Below are positions 47,371-56,672 of a stretch of 64,000 bases of DNA, in pieces. The position numbers and the translations under genes are program-made. Below the pieces are notes generated by a model. It worked only from the letters and a program-made list of their open reading frames with translations, was not told where the DNA came from and ran no database searches. The stretch covers positions 234,706 to 298,705 of the forward strand of contig PFRS01000001.1 of assembly GCA_002788675.1 (NCBI GenBank), read 5' to 3'. The stretch's first letter is position 1. Each line of letters begins with the position of its first letter. The DNA is from Candidatus Pacebacteria bacterium CG_4_9_14_0_2_um_filter_40_15 (GTDB taxonomy: Bacteria > Patescibacteriota > Microgenomatia > UBA1400 > PJMF01).

Positions 47371-49287
47371 TTATTTGGAGAAAGAGGCAATTTGTGATTT
47401 AAATTCATTTTGGTTTGCTTGAAAGACGGTAATAATTTTTTTTGCCGTTTTTTCTGGTTCTAACACAAACTCTGAAAGATTTACTTTTTTTGAAAGATAT
47501 AAAAGTATTGGGTGAGCTAATATTCTCACAGAATCGAAGAACTCATTGAAGAGAAGATCGCTCACATCCACAGATTTCTTTAATGATTCTTTTAATAGAA
47601 ATAATACATAGTCAAAGCTTTTCATGTCCTCATTATTTGAGACACCTTTTTTAAAGGCACTTTCAAGAACAGAAAAACTTTGTTCAGGATTATTGAGCAA
47701 ATCATTTTTAAGATTTTGACGTAATGCCTCTAGCTGAGCATGTTCGGATTTTGTTAAAACCAGATCATCATTTCCGCGAGAGTCACCTCTCAGGGCCCAA
47801 CCACAAGGTCCAATGGGTATGCCGTCTTCAGATAACTGGAGAGAATTTGATTTAAAGAAATCAGAGTATTCCTTGTGGTGTTCTGCTTTAATGAACCAAG
47901 TTTCTCCATTAGATAAGCGAAGTGGTAAATACTGCAATGTGTTTAGATAGTGTAATGCCTCAATTTTTTCTTTTGGTCCTAGGCTTGTTAGCATGCCTGG
48001 AATTGTTGGAATTGGTATTCCTGGAATAGCAGAAAGTATTTGTTCTGACATCATTCTAGTTGGAATAAATGTGCCTATGCCACATTGTCCAAGGCTTAAG
48101 CCTTTTGAAGTTGTTGAGAGAAGCATATTAGAAAGTGAATTATGCTCATCCACTAGATCAGATTGAATTTTTTGACCATGTAGTTTTCTTACATTTAAAT
48201 CATATATTTTGAGTAATCCATTTTTAACTTTATCTTGAGTAAGGTCTTGAATTTGCAGATCTGATGTATTATTGCTTTTCATTAACTTCAAGTAGTTTGT
48301 TTTGTTTGTGTTATTTGTATCACTCCCTTCTACCCACTTTATGAGTGGTTGATAGGCGAGAATGCCAAAAGCAATATCCAACTGCTTAATGAGCTGAGCG
48401 TATTCTTTTGACTGAACAAAATTCATCCAAAGTGGGTCAGTATGACTTTCAACTTCGGGTACTTTTGATAGTAATAGTGGAATAACTTTGCTAATATACA
48501 GGCTTAATAAAAAGTCCCTAAATTGAGCATATTTTTGTTCATCAATTTGTGGCATTTCGTGTGGTTTAACCTTCCAGGAATCAGATGACGAATAGGCTTT
48601 TTTTTCTAGTAATGAAACACATTCAAGTGTGGTGGAACAGTTTAAGTCTTTGGGTGAAACGATTTGTGTGTTATTAATTATTTTATGCGAGTCTATTCGT
48701 GAAGAGTTATCAAAACCTTCGTTTTGGGTAATGAACTTTTGAAAATCCAAATGATCTTGAAGGCTCATCCATGTTCTGTACTGATGAAGTACTACTGTGG
48801 TAGGTGAAGTCTTTTCATATACAAAAATAAATGAATGTGAATTAAGTCCAGCATATCCCTCTGAGACTAGCCCAGGAGGACTGTTCCAAACAAATAACTG
48901 GCCGACCGGTGCGGTAGAAGACCACAAGTCAAGTTTAATCATGTTGTTGGTTTCAATTTGGGCTCGACTTGGTGATTTTTTTTGATTGATGAGTTTATCT
49001 TCAAAATGTTCACCCATACCAAGAATACCTGCGGTGTAAGAACTCATCATTCCAAGAAGTCCATTCTGTTGATCGACGTCCATCTGAAAAGCAGAAATTA
49101 CTTCACCTCTAGTATATTCAGCGGCAAACGAAATGAAATTAGCTGTTAACAGTGTTGAAAGTGCATCAAAATCACGATATTCAGATAAAGCCGCGATGCG
49201 CACATACGCTGCGGCATCCCATTGATCAAACTGACTAACAACAGCTTCTTTCTGATTTATAGGGTTGCGTGATTCTTTTTGTAACAA
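47371..49287 (-). CDS. Hypothetical protein (638 aa) downstream of the riboswitch
   Basis: Long ORF with TTG start after GAGGAG; motifs WNSPPG...GY...SF.F, GQCG, GPCG; no family recognised. Confidence 0.8.
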   Translation of the reverse strand: MLQKESRNPINQKEAVVSQFDQWDAAAYVRIAALSEYRDFDALSTLLTANFISFAAEYTRGEVISAFQMDVDQQNGLLGMMSSYTAGILGMGEHFEDKLINQKKSPSRAQIETNNMIKLDLWSSTAPVGQLFVWNSPPGLVSEGYAGLNSHSFIFVYEKTSPTTVVLHQYRTWMSLQDHLDFQKFITQNEGFDNSSRIDSHKIINNTQIVSPKDLNCSTTLECVSLLEKKAYSSSDSWKVKPHEMPQIDEQKYAQFRDFLLSLYISKVIPLLLSKVPEVESHTDPLWMNFVQSKEYAQLIKQLDIAFGILAYQPLIKWVEGSDTNNTNKTNYLKLMKSNNTSDLQIQDLTQDKVKNGLLKIYDLNVRKLHGQKIQSDLVDEHNSLSNMLLSTTSKGLSLGQCGIGTFIPTRMMSEQILSAIPGIPIPTIPGMLTSLGPKEKIEALHYLNTLQYLPLRLSNGETWFIKAEHHKEYSDFFKSNSLQLSEDGIPIGPCGWALRGDSRGNDDLVLTKSEHAQLEALRQNLKNDLLNNPEQSFSVLESAFKKGVSNNEDMKSFDYVLFLLKESLKKSVDVSDLLFNEFFDSVRILAHPILLYLSKKVNLSEFVLEPEKTAKKIITVFQANQNEFKSQIASFSK

Positions 49288-49308
49288 AAAACTCCTCGAT
49301 TGAGGAGC
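49286..49308 (-). terminator. Riboswitch expression platform: terminator / SD-sequestering hairpin
   Basis: Minus strand GCTCCTC-AATC-GAGGAG-TTTTTTG; the 3' arm is the SD of the TTG start. Confidence 0.65.
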
Positions 49309-49366
49309 AGGGGCGGTTACCTTGAGGAAACAAAGAGTAATGCCCGATGCTCGTCGGTTTATTTTT

Positions 49367-49443
49367 CCTCACCGACCGGGCTTAGCACTTTAGATGCATT
49401 ACCGTTGCGGCACAGCTCTGGATTCACACCAGATTCCGTGAGG
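49367..49443 (-). promoter_or_regulatory. Compact cobalamin-type riboswitch aptamer
   Basis: Minus strand CCTCAC-GGAA-TCTGG-TGTGAAT-CCAGA-G-CTGTGCCGCAACGG-TAA-TGCA..TGC-TAAGCCCG-GTCG-GTGAGG: GGAA, T-loop P4, CCGCAAC loop, GTAA and AAGCC B12-box elements in order, closed by CCTCAC/GTGAGG; TTGCAA-17-TAAAGT promoter immediately upstream. Confidence 0.8.
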
Positions 49444-49589
49444 TTCTATTACTTTACTCACAATTAGGTGTAGTTGCAATAGGAAAACTTGATGAAAACG
49501 CAATAAAATTTTCTTTTAAGTCACTAAATTGCTCAGATTTTACACTCTTCAATACACCTGTTTAACATCGAGTGAAGATGATATAATTA

Positions 49590-52500
49590 ATGAGTATGGG
49601 TAGATCAGAGTCAATATCAACACCACTATCTGAACAGTACAAGGCGTTAGTTGTTGATCTTGTTAATGCTATTAAGGCTAAGGATTTTGTTTCAGCTGCT
49701 AACAAAATGTCTGATATTCAGATGGTCATTTCGTATGAGATAGCCACTACAGATTATTCGAATCTAGATAATGAACGTAAATACCCAGGCCTTGCAGATT
49801 TTAATTATTTTTTTGGTGATATTGAAACAGATTGGCAAGAGATTCCCTATTTAGCAGCCCAGATTTCAGATGTGGAACCCGCTGCAGCAGTTGTAGCGGA
49901 TGATGTTGAGCCGGTAGCCTCCAAACCTGTTGCAGCTGAAGCTCCCGTAGCCCCAGAAAATAAAGAAAAAACATGGATTCAAGAATATGAAGAGAAGAGA
50001 ATAGCGTTGGCTCGACTAACGTATGCAACTCAAAAAGCTTCTGATGCAAGCTTTGCTCAAAACTTTGATTTCTTTAATGAGCTTTTAGCTGCAGATGAAG
50101 AGACGGATATTCAAGAGCTTATTGATTCAAATAAAATTGATCCGGTTGATCATTCGATTGTTGAAAAAATTAACGAACTTGTTGCGGAAATAAACCTTAG
50201 GATTCAAACTGAGTCTCTTGGAGATGAAAAAGAAAAATATGATGTTCAAAGAGAGCTAGTAGGACAATTAAAAGAATCTGTTAGATCATTTGAACCAGTA
50301 CTGGTTGCTAACAAACTATTTACTGATGTTGTCTCCTCTTATAGTTCAATACTTGTCGTAAGATCAACGTTTGACCCAGGATCCTATGATTCAATAGATC
50401 TGTTTGAAGCAGAACTAAAAACAACAACAAAAAAACTTGCTGGCATAACATCAAAGATTGATGCTTTAGATTCGATTTCAACACAACTTGATCAAAAAGA
50501 GAGAGTTAATTTTTTGCGAGAAGTTGTCTCACGAGTTTCTCGAATAATTTCAAATGGAGAAAATGAAGTTGAAACCTCTCGCAAACTCTTACAAGATGCT
50601 GAGTATATTGACTTTGTTGCAGAAGTTGATAAGAAAACAGAACTTTCCAGTCTTACTTCTGAAGTTGCTCGTCCACCAGCAGATGTCACTACGTCTGATA
50701 TAGATATTGATCGAAGAATTGACAGGTTGAAGCAAAAACTTGCTGAGTTTAAGGCCGCTATACAAGCAGACCCTTCGTTTAGTGATGCTGCAAAAGAACA
50801 GTATTTAAGAACTGATTTTAATGGTTTTGAAAAATCTGTGACAGAAAAAGCAGCATTACTTCAATTCCAAATGGATTCTAATACCACTTATAGAAAGTTG
50901 CTTGATTTAACTACAAAAGTTGCGGCAGGTGTTTCTGAAGATGAGCTGGAAAAAATTCGAGTAGAGGCAGAAAGCTACAATGGTCAAATAACAGAGTTAG
51001 AATCACGCAAAGATGCTCAACTTACTACGTACGTTGATACCCTTACTAAGGTCTATTATGATCTGTTAAAAGTCACAAAATCTAAGATTGAATCTGAAAG
51101 AAAGACGTCAGTCTTTAAAAAGCTTGAAGAAAGATTAGAAAAAGCCACTCAAACAGCAACATACGTTGTTGATTCTCATCACGATGAAGTATGGGAGACA
51201 TATGAATCTATACAACAAGCCTATGAGTCGTTTGCAGAATCATACGGAAGCAATGAAGAATTCGAAAAGAAACTTAAAATTGAATTTTATAAAATTTATC
51301 GAAGATCCATGCTTGCTGCACTTGATGAAATTGAAAGAGAAGAGCAGCCGTCCCCAGCATGGAAATCAATATTTCAAGATAAAATACTTGGAAAATCACA
51401 AAATCTTGTTCAGGATATTGTTGGAATTAGTCTGGGTAGCTTAGATGATTTTACTGAGGCAGTAAAAACTAAAGGGACTGCTGGTGCAGTTACGGTAGAT
51501 ACTCGAACCTTAACACTGCATGAGCAAAATTTAATTGAAGATTTTAATAAACTCAGAACAGAGTACGTGTCAAGAAAGTTTTTACATCTCAGCTGGACTG
51601 CAAATAGAGTTGGTGTTCTTGGTAGAGGTGAAGGAACAAGAACCTTTCCAAACTTAAATATAGATGAAAATTGGCCAATTGGTGTCGTACTTAACTACCT
51701 AATGAAGGATGGACTTCGAAGTAGTGAAGTAGGAGATGGTCAAATCTTAAGTGAAATTACCAATCCGATTATGGAAATTCAAAGGGTCGATCACCCACTT
51801 GGATTCTCGACAGATGCGGACGGAAATTTAGTTGCAACAGAAGGTGATGTTGCTCTATACGATGCTTCGAAAAGAGGTACAACCAAGCATGACGTTGCAC
51901 TTTTTGAAGATGTCTTCCTGGCGATGGATGATTGGGTTGCCGGCACTATTAAAGCAAGAAGAGGCACGGGAGATGTTCATAATGATGTTGATGGTGTAGC
52001 TGAAGACATCATGCTGTTCTTACAAAAAAAATATCCAGATAGAAAAGATGAAATAACAAAAGGAGATGTAAGAAGAGCTGTTAGATCATATCTTATCGTT
52101 ACGTATCATCAGTCGGTGAGATCGCACCGCAGTGCGATTTTATCAGATAAAATGATGTATCAGTGTTCATTTTACCTGTACAGTGAAAAGTATTCTGAGG
52201 ATGGTACTGCTGGATGGAATCCGAATTTTGTTAAGGCCATGTATGCCTATCCGTATCCTGCAGGATCTGATCTGAGCAGGGTAGATCCAATGTATGTGAC
52301 TAAGGGAAATTATGTGAATACGATTCCTGTGATTCTCGGAGAACATCCTGATATTGATGCTGAAAAACATTGGATATTTAGGGTTCTTGAAGGTAAGCCT
52401 TTTACTCAAATGGAGAATGCTTTGCGCGATGAAGGCTTTTTGGTCGACATGCAAACAGCATTTAATCATTCTGATGGAAGACCTAAAACCTTTGCTGAAC

Positions 52501-53372
52501 TAGATCCTAAAATTCAAGCTCGATTGGAAGAAGATCACTTTGTTGGCTATAATTTCTTACTTCGACCACTTATTAGAATGGCTGATACAACTCAAACTGC
52601 TCGGACAAAAGATGTTATTTTGGACACTCCAGATCCTGTAACGGGCAAACATTACAGAAGAGAAACTGTTCCAGATGAAAAAGATGCTGGTGAAATGTAT
52701 ACTCAAATGCCACCGATGGCAACAGTTTTTCTAAAGGATAAAAATGGAAATATTATTAGATATCGTGAAAAAGATGGTAGAAAAACCAGAGCAGTATCTC
52801 TCTTTGACCTCAGAAATGAAAATGACCAGATTATGTATGGTCTGATTGATTGGGACAAATATAGTATTGATTTAGCTTCAGAAGTAACTGGTTTGCATAA
52901 AAATGGTGCAAATTTCTTGGACAATTTCTTAAAGACTAAAGACGTTCTTAAATCATTAGAAGATCCAGCAAAGGTTTCAGAATTATTAAATGACGCAAAA
53001 TATGTATTGCGTCACTTACCGGATCTTGGACAGTATATTGCTGCAGGAATTCACGCAACAGATGAAGTAAAAGCCCAAGGATATGATAGTCCATATTACA
53101 TGTTAGACAAAGGATTTATGAGAACAATCATTGCTCAAATGGTCTTTCATGGTTGTTTAGCTCGAATGCTAAGTGATGAAAAACCCTGGAGAATGGCTGA
53201 TGTGCAATCATATTTAATTAAACTCTTAAGACCTGAAAGTAATGCTATATCTGTTGAAACAGCTGAAGCAATATATATCTCTCTCAATGCCGCACTCGGT
53301 CGCAAAGCTATGGTTAAAGCTGTGGTTGATCAGGCTAGAGTACAATTCAGAGAGAGATTTAAACACTCTTAG
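49590..53372 (+). CDS. Large hypothetical protein (1260 aa) with helical/coiled-coil N-half
   Basis: Long ORF, charged heptads, no signal peptide or TM; may start at 49596. Confidence 0.85.
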   Translation: MSMGRSESISTPLSEQYKALVVDLVNAIKAKDFVSAANKMSDIQMVISYEIATTDYSNLDNERKYPGLADFNYFFGDIETDWQEIPYLAAQISDVEPAAAVVADDVEPVASKPVAAEAPVAPENKEKTWIQEYEEKRIALARLTYATQKASDASFAQNFDFFNELLAADEETDIQELIDSNKIDPVDHSIVEKINELVAEINLRIQTESLGDEKEKYDVQRELVGQLKESVRSFEPVLVANKLFTDVVSSYSSILVVRSTFDPGSYDSIDLFEAELKTTTKKLAGITSKIDALDSISTQLDQKERVNFLREVVSRVSRIISNGENEVETSRKLLQDAEYIDFVAEVDKKTELSSLTSEVARPPADVTTSDIDIDRRIDRLKQKLAEFKAAIQADPSFSDAAKEQYLRTDFNGFEKSVTEKAALLQFQMDSNTTYRKLLDLTTKVAAGVSEDELEKIRVEAESYNGQITELESRKDAQLTTYVDTLTKVYYDLLKVTKSKIESERKTSVFKKLEERLEKATQTATYVVDSHHDEVWETYESIQQAYESFAESYGSNEEFEKKLKIEFYKIYRRSMLAALDEIEREEQPSPAWKSIFQDKILGKSQNLVQDIVGISLGSLDDFTEAVKTKGTAGAVTVDTRTLTLHEQNLIEDFNKLRTEYVSRKFLHLSWTANRVGVLGRGEGTRTFPNLNIDENWPIGVVLNYLMKDGLRSSEVGDGQILSEITNPIMEIQRVDHPLGFSTDADGNLVATEGDVALYDASKRGTTKHDVALFEDVFLAMDDWVAGTIKARRGTGDVHNDVDGVAEDIMLFLQKKYPDRKDEITKGDVRRAVRSYLIVTYHQSVRSHRSAILSDKMMYQCSFYLYSEKYSEDGTAGWNPNFVKAMYAYPYPAGSDLSRVDPMYVTKGNYVNTIPVILGEHPDIDAEKHWIFRVLEGKPFTQMENALRDEGFLVDMQTAFNHSDGRPKTFAELDPKIQARLEEDHFVGYNFLLRPLIRMADTTQTARTKDVILDTPDPVTGKHYRRETVPDEKDAGEMYTQMPPMATVFLKDKNGNIIRYREKDGRKTRAVSLFDLRNENDQIMYGLIDWDKYSIDLASEVTGLHKNGANFLDNFLKTKDVLKSLEDPAKVSELLNDAKYVLRHLPDLGQYIAAGIHATDEVKAQGYDSPYYMLDKGFMRTIIAQMVFHGCLARMLSDEKPWRMADVQSYLIKLLRPESNAISVETAEAIYISLNAALGRKAMVKAVVDQARVQFRERFKHS

Positions 53373-53410
53373 GCAGTGTTCAAATGGCAATATAAAATGC
53401 ATTTAAATAT

Positions 53411-53441
53411 AAAAAAAGCTCATATTTTATGAGCTTTTTTT
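53411..53441. terminator. Bidirectional terminator
   Basis: AAAAAAAGCTCAT-ATTTT-ATGAGCTTTTTTT. Confidence 0.85.
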
Positions 53442-53462
53442 GATTATCTGGACTTGTCTAGT

Positions 53463-53633
53463 TTATGAACCTGCACGGTTATTATTGGCGTCTTCAGAAT
53501 TATTTTTTTGTGAATGAGTAGTATTAAATTTTCTGCTGGATTTTTGTGAAATGACTAATCTGTGAAGAGGTAAAGGGAGTGAAGTATTAATATCTCTCAG
53601 CTTAGCTTTGGGATCAGTTGTATCTTGTTGCAC
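53463..53633 (-). CDS. Small unannotated ORF (56 aa) ending RAGS
   Basis: AAGGA-8 nt-GTG; MQQDTTDPKAKLRDINTSLPLPLHRLVISQKSSRKFNTTHSQKNNSEDANNNRAGS; fills the gap between the VirB6-like stop and the terminator. Confidence 0.5.
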   Translation of the reverse strand: MQQDTTDPKAKLRDINTSLPLPLHRLVISQKSSRKFNTTHSQKNNSEDANNNRAGS

Positions 53634-53650
53634 TATTGCGTTCCTTATTG

Positions 53651-55429
53651 TTAACTACCTGCTCTATCTTCATTTGAATTTGCTCCGCCAGCTGGTACTG
53701 CACCTGTTGAGCTTGTCTCAGCACCTCTATTACTTGGAGCCTGAACTCCACCTCTACCAGACAAGCCAGCATTTCGTAATGCCATATCATTAAGTACACG
53801 TTTTGCAATTTGGCCTGATTTACTTTCATTTCTTTCAAGTCTTCTTTGGGCTTGTCCAATTGACTCACCAACTAGGAATTGACCAGCTTCTTGTTTAGCT
53901 GCGTTGTAGGTAGATCTTATAAGTGGTTTAGCAACTTTTATACCAGTAGGAACAGCTGCACCAATTGCTGCGCCTCTCCCCGCACCTTTCCAGAAGCTAC
54001 CACCTTTACTCTTAGCTCTTACACCACCAATTGCTGCTCCAGCAGCACTTGATCCTGCTGATGCACCTAGGAAGGCACCACCCTTCATGATATTTTTAGC
54101 TCCGACGCCCTTATATCCTTCCCATCCTTTTTTAGCTCTATCCGTAGCCCAACCAGCAACCTTAGTTCCAAAGCCTTCTTTAGCGCCGACTTTTTCTTTT
54201 ATTTCTTTCACAATTTCAGGCATGGCCAAAATAAGTGCCAGCCCCATTAAAGATGAAATTGCTCCTGCTTGTCCACGACCAAGTAAGAAAGGAGGCATAA
54301 AGCCGCCACTTGTAGCGTTACCTAAGTCAGTAAATTGGTTGTAGAGAATAACTATAAAAAGAACTGTTGGGAATGCCGCTAAGTTTCCTGCGACATTGCG
54401 TAGCCAAGGTACGAAGGCATTATTACCTGGAATGGCACCCATCATGAGTGTAATTGGCGAGATAACAGTTGCAATAACCACGTTTGCGTAACTCTTAAGG
54501 AGTTCAAAGAAAAGTTTAAAAGTACCAAATATAACGGCGACGGTCAAAATTAAGGTGAGCGTCATGCCTCCAACAAATCCAAACGCAGTAGTCAGTCCAT
54601 TGTCGGCACTGACTAGGTTTGAGAGCATATTAGTAATGAGGTCAACATTCTGGTTAAATGATCCAGCAACGTTTCCAAACAAAAGTCCTCCAATTTGGAG
54701 AATATTAAAGTCGATTACATTAGCATCAGCCAGGCGTGTATCAAAGATACCAATCATTAGGAACATAAGCAGATACATTAAATCAATCATGAATCCAGCA
54801 ATAGCATACGAAAAGGTAACAAAGAGCAGCGACACAATTATACTTGGGATAGCTTGTTGTGCGGTTACGTCTGCACCATTCACTTTATTCCGGAACATAA
54901 TCATAAAACCAATAATCATGAATACAAACACAAAGAATAAGTAGGCCATATTTCGGAATGTTTTCCAGAGAGAAAGAATTGGATCAAGAGCAGCAAAGCC
55001 AAGTCCTTGAGCATACGCTGGAGTAGCAATGTGTGCGCTCTTCATAACGTCGGCAACATAGGTTCCTGTGCTTGCTGGAGGGTTTGCATACATCTGGCCG
55101 ATTAAGTAGACGAAGCCGCTTGAAACCATGTTTGGTTGTGGGACACTCGAACCAGGTCCGGTTCCGGTTCCACCAGCAGATGGAGGAGTACTTTGGGCTG
55201 GCGCATTTGCAATTTCAAATTGAATATATTTATAAACATGATGCACCAAACACTCCAAAGAAGGAGTGCCGCAGTCTTGGATAGCTTCATTATATGAATC
55301 TTTTAAGGCTGATTCGTAGGCAGGACTAAAAGGACTTTCGCCTTGAGCTTGCACGCTAGCAGGGTTCCCAAAACCAATAAGGAATACAAACGCAACTGCT
55401 AGTAGTGCGGTGAGGGCTCGTTTGAGCAT
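53651..55429 (-). CDS. VirB6/TrbL-like polytopic T4SS membrane protein
   Basis: Signal peptide, W..FRN.AY..F...FMIIGFMIMFR, IPSIIV.L..VTFSYAIAGFMIDL, several further TMs, Gly/Ala/Lys-rich tail; T4SS context. Confidence 0.65.
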   Translation of the reverse strand: MLKRALTALLAVAFVFLIGFGNPASVQAQGESPFSPAYESALKDSYNEAIQDCGTPSLECLVHHVYKYIQFEIANAPAQSTPPSAGGTGTGPGSSVPQPNMVSSGFVYLIGQMYANPPASTGTYVADVMKSAHIATPAYAQGLGFAALDPILSLWKTFRNMAYLFFVFVFMIIGFMIMFRNKVNGADVTAQQAIPSIIVSLLFVTFSYAIAGFMIDLMYLLMFLMIGIFDTRLADANVIDFNILQIGGLLFGNVAGSFNQNVDLITNMLSNLVSADNGLTTAFGFVGGMTLTLILTVAVIFGTFKLFFELLKSYANVVIATVISPITLMMGAIPGNNAFVPWLRNVAGNLAAFPTVLFIVILYNQFTDLGNATSGGFMPPFLLGRGQAGAISSLMGLALILAMPEIVKEIKEKVGAKEGFGTKVAGWATDRAKKGWEGYKGVGAKNIMKGGAFLGASAGSSAAGAAIGGVRAKSKGGSFWKGAGRGAAIGAAVPTGIKVAKPLIRSTYNAAKQEAGQFLVGESIGQAQRRLERNESKSGQIAKRVLNDMALRNAGLSGRGGVQAPSNRGAETSSTGAVPAGGANSNEDRAGS

Positions 55430-55654
55430 ATATCACTATTATATCAAGAAATAAAGTAAATGACACATAAGAAAACTTTGCCTGGCTACTGCACTTATGA
55501 GAACCTCTTGAGGACGTAAGGAATACTTAAACGAATGTATACCTATTGTATAGTCCAAAGGGGGAGTGAGTTTTTGGCGAACGATTCTCATAAATGCAGT
55601 AGTCAGGACAACTTGTACCTGGAAAGATCTAGTTTGGTATAGTAGAATGCACGT

Positions 55655-56617
55655 ATGTTAGATCAGGCTCAGTTAAATACAATTCGATCCTATTTTGAAC
55701 AGGCCCATACAGTTACCATCGTTTGCGGGGTAGAACCCAGCATTGATGTTTTGGCCGCAGTTTCCGTTTTAAACCAAGCCCTTGCTTCTCAAGGAAAAGA
55801 AATTCAGTTAGTCAGTCCAAATACTATAGATTCTCCCGTTGTTTCAGGACTGGGTGGGGTAGAAGACTCAATTGGTAATCAGAACTTGGTTGTAAGTTTT
55901 CCCTATGATGAAACAGCTGTCGACAAGGTGAGTTATCATATTGGTGAAGATTCAGGTCAGTTTTTTCTTACCATAAAGCCAAAAAAAGGTCATGATCCTT
56001 TAGATTCTAATCAAGTTGAGTTCACCTATGCAGGAGTTGAAAGTGATTTGCTTGTACTGGTTGGTGTGACAAACTTCGATGAACTCAACCAGCTCTACGT
56101 TGGATATGAAGAGTTCTTTGAGAAAACTCCAAAAATTTCATTTACTGCTAATGGTTCTAAACTCGGAAACGTAAATATTTCATCTACAGGCTATTCGTCG
56201 ATTAGTGAATGCTTATTGGTTCTCTTAAACAGCTTACAAATCGATTTTTCAGTTGATAGTGCGACTAATTTGTTCTCGGCAATCGATGTGGAAACTGATT
56301 ACATGCGCTCACTAAAGGCAAGCGCTATTACTTTTGAAGCTGTGGCTCAACTCATGAGACTCGGTGCTCGCAGAGTAAGGCCTGAAAAACTACAAAAGCA
56401 AGATGTTGGGCAGAAAGTTTCGACTCGTCCTCTACAAGAAACAGAAATAGCAATTTCAAGTTCAAAATCACAAAAGAAACAAGATTCTCTAACTGAACAA
56501 CAAAATCAATCTAAGAAGATGAAACTGAAAAAACACAAACAGTCTCTTCCTAAAGATACAAGAAACCAACCTGGTGGTCTTAAGTATGATCCATCTAATG
56601 GTATTTCACGAAACTAA
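55655..56617 (+). CDS. Degenerate DHH/NrnA-like phosphoesterase-fold protein
   Basis: I.S....A..V.I.....P..D..AA...L...L...GK, SSISE, ATNL..AI..ET, FEAVA.LM.LGA; no DxD or DHH residues. Confidence 0.6.
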   Translation: MLDQAQLNTIRSYFEQAHTVTIVCGVEPSIDVLAAVSVLNQALASQGKEIQLVSPNTIDSPVVSGLGGVEDSIGNQNLVVSFPYDETAVDKVSYHIGEDSGQFFLTIKPKKGHDPLDSNQVEFTYAGVESDLLVLVGVTNFDELNQLYVGYEEFFEKTPKISFTANGSKLGNVNISSTGYSSISECLLVLLNSLQIDFSVDSATNLFSAIDVETDYMRSLKASAITFEAVAQLMRLGARRVRPEKLQKQDVGQKVSTRPLQETEIAISSSKSQKKQDSLTEQQNQSKKMKLKKHKQSLPKDTRNQPGGLKYDPSNGISRN

Positions 56618-56672
56618 CTAGTCACTCTTTTTTCACAAAATTGTATGTCGAGTAGTTGCATCCGCAACATGG

